In this document: positions 25,107-32,000 of the stretch, one piece after another | How positions within the stretch are numbered: the first letter of the stretch is position 1 | How the letters are laid out: each line of letters begins with the position of its first letter | NCBI RefSeq assembly: GCF_000039765.1 | Contig: NC_004460.2 | Span: 270,001-302,000, forward strand | Origin: Vibrio vulnificus CMCP6 | GTDB taxonomy: Bacteria; Pseudomonadota; Gammaproteobacteria; Enterobacterales; Vibrionaceae | DNA: 32,000 nucleotides | Reading direction: 5' to 3' | The notes under the pieces: model-generated | What the model was told of the DNA's origin: nothing | The model's database searches: none | What the model saw: only the letters and a program-made list of their open reading frames with translations | Translations under genes and position numbers: made by a program

Positions 25107-27548
25107 ATGATTAAGTACTCTCTCAATCGCAGGTTAACTCTTTGGAGCCTCGAAGAGATTCGGCACGGTAATTTGTGGCCAATAAGCGTGGCGTTGATTC
25201 TCATTATCTCGTCTGTTTTTGCGTTGTCCGCGTTGGCTACTCGCATGGAACAAGTGATTGTTAAGCAGGGCAAAGATGCGTTAACAGCGGACACCGTTTT
25301 CGTTTCTGCCAATCCGATACCGCAAACGCTCGATCTGGCCATCGCAGCGCAAGATGTGCAAGCCTCGAAAATGACTCGTTTTGCGACTATGGCGTTTAGC
25401 GACAACGAAATGCAGTTAGTCACCGTAAAAGCAGTTGAAGAAAGTTATCCACTGCTCGGAGAGTTGGTTTTATCTCGGGGCGAAGAGAAACAACGGCACG
25501 TCAAACCAGGAGAGCTTTGGCTTGACGGTCGAGTTATGGAAAGATTGTCGGTCAAGGTGAGTGACGTTGTCACCATTGGTGATGCCGATTTTCCGGTCAC
25601 TGGCGTGATAGAGGCGGAACCTGGATTAAGTTTTAACCCGTTCCAACAAATGCCTGCGGTTTACATTCATCAGTCAGACGTTGATAAAACGGGTGCGATT
25701 CAAGTAGGTAGTCGAGTTCAATATCGCGTCTATCTGGTTGGTGAAAGGCCGTCGTTAACCACGATTAAATCCGCTGTAGAGCTCAGCCCAAGCGATCGTT
25801 GGCGAGATCAAGAAAACGCGGATCGCTCTAGCGAAGTGTTTGAGCGTACCAGCCAATACCTCTCTCTAACGGTTGCAATTGTCATCATTATGGCAGCCAC
25901 GACTTTGGTTCTGACTTGTCAAAATTACGTTGTCACGCGAAAACAAACCATCGCGATGTTAAAAAGTATTGGCGCACAACGCGGTTGGATTATTCGCTGG
26001 TTGGCCATTCAATTGTCACTGCTGTTTCTTTTTGCCGCGCTGGTTGGTTTACTCATCGGGCTGGGGCTCGAACAGCTATTGAGAATTCCACTCAAAGACC
26101 TGCTTCCAGAACCACTGCCAAGCTTTGGTATTGAGCCGTTTTTAGTGTCGTTAGCAACGGCTTTTTGTATTGCTGTACCGTCGTTGGGGATCCCGCTTTC
26201 ATCATTATTGAAAACTTCGGCGGTTAGCGTGATGCAACCCGATGACGGATCGCAACAAAAAATAGGTAAAAGTGGGTGGCTGGTTTTGGTTCCCGTGGTG
26301 CCTATGTTAGTCAATTACTACAACAACGTAATGGTATGGGTTGTTTTAGCGGCAATTTTGATTCTATTTGTGGTACTCGCGGCCTTTGGGTTGTTGGTCA
26401 GTCGGGGGCTGATGCGTTTTCCTTTGGCGACACCGATTAAGCTCGCATTAAGCCGGATAAATCGCTCAGCATTGGCGAGTGGCTTGCAATTGGGGGCATT
26501 TGCACTTTCTTTGATGTTGCTGGCGATCATTTGGCTAGTACGGACTGATTTGTTGCTTGATTGGCAACGTACATTACCTGCGGATGCGCCCAACGTTTTT
26601 GCGCTCAATATCGCTGACTATGAAAAAGAGAGCTACTTAAACGCACTGGATGAAAATCAAGTGTTACGCTCTGAAGCTTATCCCATTATTCGTGGACGCT
26701 TTACTGAAATTAATGGTGTCGACGTCAAACAAGATCAGCAACAAGGTCGCCAAGAGCGAAGCGATGCAATCAGCCGAGAGCTCAACCTGACGTGGTCTGA
26801 TCACCTACCAAACTATAACCAAGTGTTGCAAGGTGAATGGCAAGCCAAAAATGCGGTCTCAGTAGAATCCGAAGTTGCTAGTGAGCTGGGCATCAAAATC
26901 GGCGATGTACTGACGTTTGTAATCAACAGCCAGCCCATTAAGGCGACCGTCAACACAATACGGAAAGTAGAATGGCGGGACATGAAGCCAAACTTCTATT
27001 TCATCTTCTCAAATGATGTGATGGCAAACATGCCGGGTTCATACTTAGTGAGCTATCGAATTGACGAAAATCAGGGCGGGATTCTTAACCAACTCTCTCG
27101 TCAGCACCCGACGGTCAGCGTGCTTGATATTCGGACTATGGCGACGAAAATTCAAAGCCTGATCGAGCAAATCGTTTGGTCTATCTCGATACTCGCTATT
27201 TTGGGAGTTATTGCCGGCGTTATGCTGATCTTTACCTTGCTCCGGTTGAGTTTATCGCAGCGTCAACAAGAAATTCGTTTGTATCGTACGTTAGGTGCTT
27301 CGAAAAAGCGGGTAACTCAGACGATCTGGGCGGAATTTGGCTTGATGGCCATCATTGCGAGCTTGGTGGCAACACTCGGTGCAGAGTTGGCCGTCGCAGG
27401 CGTTATGCACTTTGGCTTCGAGCTCTCCACTCAAATTCATCCGCAGTTATGGGTAATGCTGCCACTGTTGGCGTTACTGACGTTGTTCGCGGTTGTCTTA
27501 AGTTTAATCAAGCAGTTATTGACGCCTGTTAACAACAGTTACGCCTAA
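25107..27548 (+). CDS. ybbP: ABC transporter permease YbbP (duplicated FtsX/MacB-type module)
   Basis: 813 aa from ATG 25107, 1 nt after the ybbA TAA. There are two FtsX-like 4-TM modules, each preceded by a large periplasmic loop. Size and order match E. coli ybbP. Confidence 0.85.
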   Translation: MIKYSLNRRLTLWSLEEIRHGNLWPISVALILIISSVFALSALATRMEQVIVKQGKDALTADTVFVSANPIPQTLDLAIAAQDVQASKMTRFATMAFSDNEMQLVTVKAVEESYPLLGELVLSRGEEKQRHVKPGELWLDGRVMERLSVKVSDVVTIGDADFPVTGVIEAEPGLSFNPFQQMPAVYIHQSDVDKTGAIQVGSRVQYRVYLVGERPSLTTIKSAVELSPSDRWRDQENADRSSEVFERTSQYLSLTVAIVIIMAATTLVLTCQNYVVTRKQTIAMLKSIGAQRGWIIRWLAIQLSLLFLFAALVGLLIGLGLEQLLRIPLKDLLPEPLPSFGIEPFLVSLATAFCIAVPSLGIPLSSLLKTSAVSVMQPDDGSQQKIGKSGWLVLVPVVPMLVNYYNNVMVWVVLAAILILFVVLAAFGLLVSRGLMRFPLATPIKLALSRINRSALASGLQLGAFALSLMLLAIIWLVRTDLLLDWQRTLPADAPNVFALNIADYEKESYLNALDENQVLRSEAYPIIRGRFTEINGVDVKQDQQQGRQERSDAISRELNLTWSDHLPNYNQVLQGEWQAKNAVSVESEVASELGIKIGDVLTFVINSQPIKATVNTIRKVEWRDMKPNFYFIFSNDVMANMPGSYLVSYRIDENQGGILNQLSRQHPTVSVLDIRTMATKIQSLIEQIVWSISILAILGVIAGVMLIFTLLRLSLSQRQQEIRLYRTLGASKKRVTQTIWAEFGLMAIIASLVATLGAELAVAGVMHFGFELSTQIHPQLWVMLPLLALLTLFAVVLSLIKQLLTPVNNSYA

Positions 27549-27556
27549 TTGCACAC

Positions 27557-27610
27557 TTCACTTATCCCAGTTATCCACAAAATCAGTGGATAACTTTTGG
27601 GATAAGTGAA
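27557..27610. repeat. Long imperfect palindrome (22-bp stem with a 3-nt bulge) immediately after ybbP
   Basis: Left arm TTCACTTATCCCAGTTATCCAC (27557-27578), loop AAAATCA, right arm GTGGATAACTTTTGGGATAAGTGAA (27586-27610). There are 13 + 9 perfect pairs. No U-run follows on either strand. Confidence 0.9.
27571..27579 (+). promoter_or_regulatory. Perfect consensus DnaA box TTATCCACA, with an 8/9 inverted partner at 27585-27593
   Basis: TTATCCACA at 27571-27579. The minus strand at 27585-27593 reads TTATCCACT. Both lie in the inner stem of the palindrome. Confidence 0.5.
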
Positions 27611-27801
27611 TGCCCAAAATAGTGCAATCTTTGCCGAGTCGTTGAGGCATCTGAGTTAGCGAAGAGGGGTTATTCACAAATCAAATTTATTTAAGAATCA
27701 ACATAATCTCGTCAAGCTTTTTTTGCGAAAAATCTTTTGTCTTCGTCGCTAAAAAATAAAGCGAATAAAAAAGCGCCAACTGCCAGTAACCTCAGGGAAT
27801 T

Positions 27802-27817
27802 TGTGATTTTATTCACG
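27802..27817. promoter_or_regulatory. CRP-like binding site
   Basis: TGTGA-ttttat-TCACG matches the TGTGA-N6-TCACA core at 9/10 positions. It is centred about 58 bp upstream of the FAD-oxidoreductase ATG. Confidence 0.45.
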
Positions 27818-27834
27818 CTCGAACAGGGGTAGAA

Positions 27835-27846
27835 TCTGACGTCAGA
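27835..27846. promoter_or_regulatory. Perfect 12-bp palindrome, candidate operator
   Basis: TCTGACGTCAGA is flanked on both sides by AGAAT (TAGAAT at 27830-27835 and CAGAAT at 27843-27848, both -10-like). It lies 22-33 bp upstream of the ATG. Confidence 0.4.
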
Positions 27847-27867
27847 ATTCATAGTGATAGTTTATAA

Positions 27868-29313
27868 ATGAATAAGTTAAATACGCCTAATTGCGATACC
27901 CATATCGCAGTCGTCGGTGGTGGTGTAGCGGGTGCTACAGCGGCAATACACTTTTCTGAACTCGGCTATAAAGTCACGTTGCTCGAAAAAGGGCCATCGT
28001 TGGTTAATGGTCCACCTATCTGCCATTTGCACGCAGGTGGTAATTTGTATCGTGAAATTTCGACCGAACAATGTATTGAACTGCTCAGGCAGTCCATCGA
28101 AAGCGTAAGACTTTTTCCTCATAGCATCAATATTCGTCCTACGGTCATTGCGATTCCGCATTCTGATGACGGCGAGCCAAACGATCTTCTTCCTCGTTTG
28201 GCAGCGGTCGCCACCGAATACAAAGCTCTTGTCGAGCAAGATTGCCGTAACCAAGTACTTGGTAAGCCTGAAGACTATTACAAACTCTACTCACGCGATC
28301 AATTGGCAGCATTAGCGTCAATGACTCAACCAAAGAATCCCCGTTCGATGGATGAATGGATGATTCCGTTTGCAAAACACGCAGACTTAAACAGTCTCAA
28401 GTATCCCGTGGTTATGGTGCAAGAGTACGGGTGGAGTGTCTTTAGGTTGTCAGCAATTGCAAGTCTAGCTCTCGACAAGTTTCCTGCAACCGAGGTGCGA
28501 TGCAATAGCGAGTTGCAGACATGTCAATGGGACGGCAAACAGTGGCAACTGACTTTATCCAATACATCTCAGCCGCTTACAGTTGACTACTTGGTGAATG
28601 CCTGTGGATTTGAAACCGGGACGCTGGATGATCATATTGGCGTGAAAACACAACGCTTAGTGGAATTTAAGGCGGCTTATGTCACCCAATGGTCCAAGTG
28701 CAAGGAAGAATGGCCAGAAGTGATTTTTCATGGCCAAAGGGGCACGCCCCAGGGGATGGCCCAATTGACACCTTACGGCGACGGTTATTTTCAGTTGCAT
28801 GGCATGACGCAAGACATCACCTTGTTTAAAGACGGTTTAGTCAGCAGTGAAGAAGGCTCATCTCAACCTCGTTTGCCACTGCAATATGTGAAAAAAATTC
28901 AACAAGGCTGGAATAAAGAGATTCTCATCTCGCGAACCCAAGGTGCGATTGAACACATGAGCCAATTTGTACCTATATTTTCTGACGCACAAGCCGCTGG
29001 CAAGGCCTTGTTTGGTGCTCAGCAAATCCCAGGTAATGACGTCACTCTACGAGCTGCAGATGTCTCGTTTTCAGCAAACAACTATGCGTGCATAGAGATA
29101 GTGAAAGCATCGTCAACGTTACAGGCAGCGCAGAAAACCGCGCAACATTGGTTTGGCGTAACACCGTCATTTGATATTGAGGGGCAACACCCAGTAACGC
29201 TGACATTGAGTCCACAAGAGATTGAAGAGAAAGCAATTGAACTGGCTCAATTACGTGGTTATCCCGTCGCTCTTGCGAAAACGACGGGAGAAGGGCTTTA
29301 TAAAAACCTGTAA
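27868..29313 (+). CDS. FAD-dependent oxidoreductase (DAO/GlpD-like fold), substrate unknown
   Basis: 481 aa. N-terminal dinucleotide-binding motif HIAVVGGGVAGATAAIHFSELGYKVTLLEKG. No SD precedes the ATG. Confidence 0.75.
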   Translation: MNKLNTPNCDTHIAVVGGGVAGATAAIHFSELGYKVTLLEKGPSLVNGPPICHLHAGGNLYREISTEQCIELLRQSIESVRLFPHSINIRPTVIAIPHSDDGEPNDLLPRLAAVATEYKALVEQDCRNQVLGKPEDYYKLYSRDQLAALASMTQPKNPRSMDEWMIPFAKHADLNSLKYPVVMVQEYGWSVFRLSAIASLALDKFPATEVRCNSELQTCQWDGKQWQLTLSNTSQPLTVDYLVNACGFETGTLDDHIGVKTQRLVEFKAAYVTQWSKCKEEWPEVIFHGQRGTPQGMAQLTPYGDGYFQLHGMTQDITLFKDGLVSSEEGSSQPRLPLQYVKKIQQGWNKEILISRTQGAIEHMSQFVPIFSDAQAAGKALFGAQQIPGNDVTLRAADVSFSANNYACIEIVKASSTLQAAQKTAQHWFGVTPSFDIEGQHPVTLTLSPQEIEEKAIELAQLRGYPVALAKTTGEGLYKNL

Positions 29314-29319
29314 CTTAGA

Positions 29320-29348
29320 GGCCAGATTAATAGCCAAAAAATCTGGCC
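29320..29348. other. Hairpin spanning the pxpC stop codon at the convergent gene junction
   Basis: Stem GGCCAGATT (29320-29328) / AATCTGGCC (29340-29348) with an 11-nt loop. No clean U-run follows on either strand. Confidence 0.35.
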
Positions 29349-30262
29349 CATTGGCACCAAACGTCTTGTAAGCCTTCACGATCACCTTTAATAAAACGGA
29401 CTTCCTGACCCGGTTTGGCTTGAGCCAAACGTGGAAGATCAATACGAGCTACACAGCCAATTTTCGGATAGCCCCCAATGGTTTGATGATCGTTCAACAA
29501 GATGATTGGGTGCCCATTGGGGGGAATTTGAATCGCGCCCAAAGTAATACCTTCAGACAAAATCCCGCTGTAGGGCGGCGTAATTTTCCCATCAGCCAAT
29601 CGGTAGCCCATTCGGTTGGAATTTGTGTCCACTTCAAATCGGGTTTGATACAAACGTTCTCGCTCATGATCATCAAAATCATCTACTTGGAACCCTTCAA
29701 TCACTCTAAGCTTAAGAGGCAAGTTGTAATCCGGTTTAAAACGAAAGGTGAGTGCGCGAGATTTTTGTGTTGGCAGTACATGGGGATTGAACGCTAAGTA
29801 ATCGTCCGCTTTGAGCGCTTCACCATTGGCCGACAAACCACCAAGGTGATCGCGAATGACTGTACTGCTACTGCCAAGATGGGGGGCAACATCAAAGCCG
29901 CCTTTGACAGAAAGGTAACTTCTTAGGCCGTTTCTGGGTAAGCCAAACGTCAGAATTTCCCCTTTACGTGCAATGAAGTCGCTCCAATTGTTAAGCGGCT
30001 TGCCATTTAACGTGGCTGACAAATCGCCTCCGCAAATTGCCAAATGGCAATCACTCATCACTTCAAACGCAGTCTGGCCAAAGGTGATTTCGACGGAGCT
30101 ACAATTGACCGAGTTACCGAGCAAATAATTTGACCAACTGTAAGCGTAATCATCCACCGGGCCACCTTGTGTCACGCCAGAATGCGCTAAGCCAAAACGG
30201 CCAAAGTCTTGAATTAAACTTAGTGGGCCAGCTTTAATGACTCTTAATCCTGTTTCGCTCAT
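29327..30262 (-). CDS. pxpC: 5-oxoprolinase subunit C (PxpC; KipA/allophanate-hydrolase-subunit-2 family)
   Basis: 311 aa. It opens LRVIKAGPLSLIQDFGR.G....GV...GP.D and carries a GGYPKIG motif. Its ATG overlaps the pxpB TGA (ATGA). Confidence 0.85.
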   Translation of the reverse strand: MSETGLRVIKAGPLSLIQDFGRFGLAHSGVTQGGPVDDYAYSWSNYLLGNSVNCSSVEITFGQTAFEVMSDCHLAICGGDLSATLNGKPLNNWSDFIARKGEILTFGLPRNGLRSYLSVKGGFDVAPHLGSSSTVIRDHLGGLSANGEALKADDYLAFNPHVLPTQKSRALTFRFKPDYNLPLKLRVIEGFQVDDFDDHERERLYQTRFEVDTNSNRMGYRLADGKITPPYSGILSEGITLGAIQIPPNGHPIILLNDHQTIGGYPKIGCVARIDLPRLAQAKPGQEVRFIKGDREGLQDVWCQWARFFGY

Positions 30263-30942
30263 AGCATCCCTCCTAAATTCAAAAATTCTTTCTCAGAGAT
30301 AGCTTTAAACGCGACAGTGTCACCAATATTAAAAGGTGTAATCGGAATATGGTTAGGTTGATAAACCTCCAGTGGCGTTCGACCAATGATGTTCCACCCG
30401 CCAGGCGTCGCGCTTGGGTAAATGGCGGTTTTGTTGTCGGCAATGGCGACGCTTCCTTTTGGCACTTGTAGACGAGGTGAGCTAAGGCGTGGAAGTGAAA
30501 TGCGCTCATCCACATCCGAGAGGAATGCAAACCCAGGTGTAAAACCAATCGCAGAGACTGAATAACAAGGAGTGGTATGCAGTGAAATTAGGTGTTCCAA
30601 GTGAACGCCTTTTTCGACAAAACGAGGCAGATCTAACGCCGTTTCTTCACTATAAAAGACTGGAATAACATGGTGTTGTGAAGAAGTGGCAACCTTTTTG
30701 TCGGCCATTTCATTCAGTAATTTTTCGATTGTTAAAATGATGGAGACTTCATCAAGTCGAAAAGGCAAATATTCCACCAGAATCGTATGATAGGCTGGGA
30801 CAACATTCATTACTGCTATTTGAAGCTGCTGACCAATGGCTCCAGCATATAAACCTATTTGTTGCTCGGAAATCGCATCATCAAAATGAAGCATCAATGC
30901 ACATTCGGCAACTGGGGAAATTGTGAACCATTTATTATTCAA
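30259..30942 (-). CDS. pxpB: 5-oxoprolinase subunit B (PxpB; KipI family)
   Basis: 227 aa. GFTPGFAFL, PRL.VP.GSVAI and YP..TPGGWNIIGRTP motifs. TTG start with GGAG 5 nt upstream, 9 nt after the pxpA stop. Confidence 0.85.
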   Translation of the reverse strand: MNNKWFTISPVAECALMLHFDDAISEQQIGLYAGAIGQQLQIAVMNVVPAYHTILVEYLPFRLDEVSIILTIEKLLNEMADKKVATSSQHHVIPVFYSEETALDLPRFVEKGVHLEHLISLHTTPCYSVSAIGFTPGFAFLSDVDERISLPRLSSPRLQVPKGSVAIADNKTAIYPSATPGGWNIIGRTPLEVYQPNHIPITPFNIGDTVAFKAISEKEFLNLGGML

Positions 30943-30951
30943 AGTTTCTCC

Positions 30952-31710
30952 TTACATTTTGGCTATCGCTTGGCTAATTCGTTGCACTAAGGCGATGGAT
31001 TCTGGATTGTCGCCATGCACGCAAATGGTATCGGCCTCCAAAGACAATCGAGTGCCATTGGCGGTATTGACACTGCCGTATGTCGCGATTTGTAGCGCCT
31101 GATTATAAATGTCTTCGGGTTGATGATAGACCGCATTAGCTTGGCTTCGAGGCGTGAGTTTTCCGTCCTCTTGATACTGACGATCGGCGAATGCTTCGAA
31201 TAGCAAAGGAACATCATAAATGTCAGCGATATCGAGGTAATGTTGGTTGTCGCTCGTGGCAAGAATCATCAAAGGGATGCCAAAAATCGATACCGCTTCG
31301 CAAATCGCGCGAAAAATTGCTTCACTCTCCATCATATCGTTATAAAGCGCACCGTGTGGCTTTACGTAATGAAGAGGTACATCGTGGTATTGGCAAACCG
31401 CTTTTAAGGCTCCTACTTGGTAAAGCACGATCTCGCTGATTTGAGCTGGTGTATGTGGAATAGAGCGTCGACCAAACCCAACCAAATCTTGATATCCAGG
31501 ATGAGCGCCTATTTTGACCTTGTAGTGTTTTGCCAATGCGACGGTTTTCGACATCACACTCGGATCAGAAGCGTGAAACCCACAAGCGATATTGGCCATG
31601 TCAACCCAAGGCATCACTAATTCATCGGATCCCATCTTCCAATTTCCAAAGCTTTCGCCCATGTCGCAATTTAACGTTACTCTTTGCTTATTCACTATTA
31701 TTTGAACCAT
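30952..31710 (-). CDS. pxpA: 5-oxoprolinase subunit A (PxpA; LamB/YcsF family)
   Basis: LNCDMGESFG, ANIACGFHASDP and KPHGALYN motifs. The start is uncertain: ATG 31710 is chosen, and the track's 31758 is a TTG. E. coli PxpA starts only about 3 aa before the LN.D motif. Confidence 0.8.
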   Translation of the reverse strand: MVQIIVNKQRVTLNCDMGESFGNWKMGSDELVMPWVDMANIACGFHASDPSVMSKTVALAKHYKVKIGAHPGYQDLVGFGRRSIPHTPAQISEIVLYQVGALKAVCQYHDVPLHYVKPHGALYNDMMESEAIFRAICEAVSIFGIPLMILATSDNQHYLDIADIYDVPLLFEAFADRQYQEDGKLTPRSQANAVYHQPEDIYNQALQIATYGSVNTANGTRLSLEADTICVHGDNPESIALVQRISQAIAKM

Positions 31711-31859
31711 CCTTGCTATTAATTTACTTAAGTTGGCTGAAAACGCGCTGAATGGCAATGATCAACCTCATCCTTTATCAATTGAACCGTGGTATTAGGG
31801 GGATGTCGAAGCGTTTCGCACCTATTTGTAACCTATAGAGCAAAAGTTGATAGATATCT

Positions 31860-32000
31860 ATGAAAGCCAATTTATTGATTAATCACCTTACTCGCCATCC
31901 TAAATATCATTATTTGTTGATTTCTCGTTCATTTTTTCATTTTTACGTCGCTTTGCTCACGCTAGCATTATTGCTCTGTTTTCAAAAAGTATTTGCTTCC
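31860..32000 (+). CDS. 5' end of an unidentified ORF running off the window (probable membrane protein)
   Basis: ATG 31860 is followed by 47 open codons to the window edge (MKANLLINHLTRHPKYHYLLISRSFFHFYVALLTLALLLCFQKVFAS), with a hydrophobic segment. It is absent from the ORF track, presumably because it is too short within the window. Confidence 0.35.
   Translation, partial: MKANLLINHLTRHPKYHYLLISRSFFHFYVALLTLALLLCFQKVFAS

Noticed and set aside
27610-27645. 11-codon mini-ORF (ATGCCCAAAATAGTG...) right after the palindrome
   Set aside because: It has no SD and is very short. Nothing distinguishes it from chance.
1-32000. Search for CRISPR arrays, tRNA/rRNA, IS elements, integrases, integron attC sites, retron- or TA-like pairs, or defence islands
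   Set aside because: I saw no regularly spaced repeats, no cloverleaf-capable segments, no transposase or recombinase or reverse-transcriptase-like ORFs, and no abrupt compositional island. The window reads as core or metabolic chromosome.

Overview
This is a 32-kb stretch of a Vibrio-like (Vibrionaceae) gammaproteobacterial chromosome. The taxon is inferred from gene content (fadL-volA pair, fabV, tesA-ybbAP) and is not proven. I call 27 complete CDS plus one 5'-partial CDS at the right edge. They are packed as one- to three-gene units, and most are separated by clear rho-independent hairpins. Left to right: EamA permease; ABM-ureohydrolase fusion plus NTF2-like gene; phnA; fadL-volA (minus strand); convergent M50 and M48 proteases; YdiI-like thioesterase plus a 78-aa protein; SgrR-family regulator translationally coupled to an 83-aa zinc-ribbon protein; GH13 alpha-glucosidase; LysR-cutA; DUF2238/YjdF-like membrane protein; 2OG-Fe(II) oxygenase; C-terminal J-domain protein; GNAT; orphan ABC-class ATPase; GAF-(degenerate GGDEF)-EAL; fabV; tesA divergent from ybbA-ybbP; FAD oxidoreductase; pxpA-pxpB-pxpC. 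I found no rRNA, tRNA, CRISPR array, integrase or transposase, phage gene, or recognisable defence or toxin-antitoxin module, so I cannot point to a clear-cut new multi-gene system. The best leads are: (1) the ABM-ureohydrolase fusion operon; (2) the SgrR-family/zinc-ribbon coupled pair; (3) the tesA/ybbA locus, whose divergent start codons interlock in one CATG; (4) a 22-bp-stem palindrome carrying a perfect consensus DnaA box just after ybbP; (5) a CRP-like box plus a perfect 12-bp palindrome in front of an SD-less FAD oxidoreductase; (6) an orphan ABC-class ATPase whose promoter -10 sits inside the upstream gene's terminator hairpin; (7) a 15-nt exact repeat placed once on the promoter and once on the RBS of the GAF-GGDEF-EAL gene. 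All family calls come from motif recognition by eye. No database search was run.
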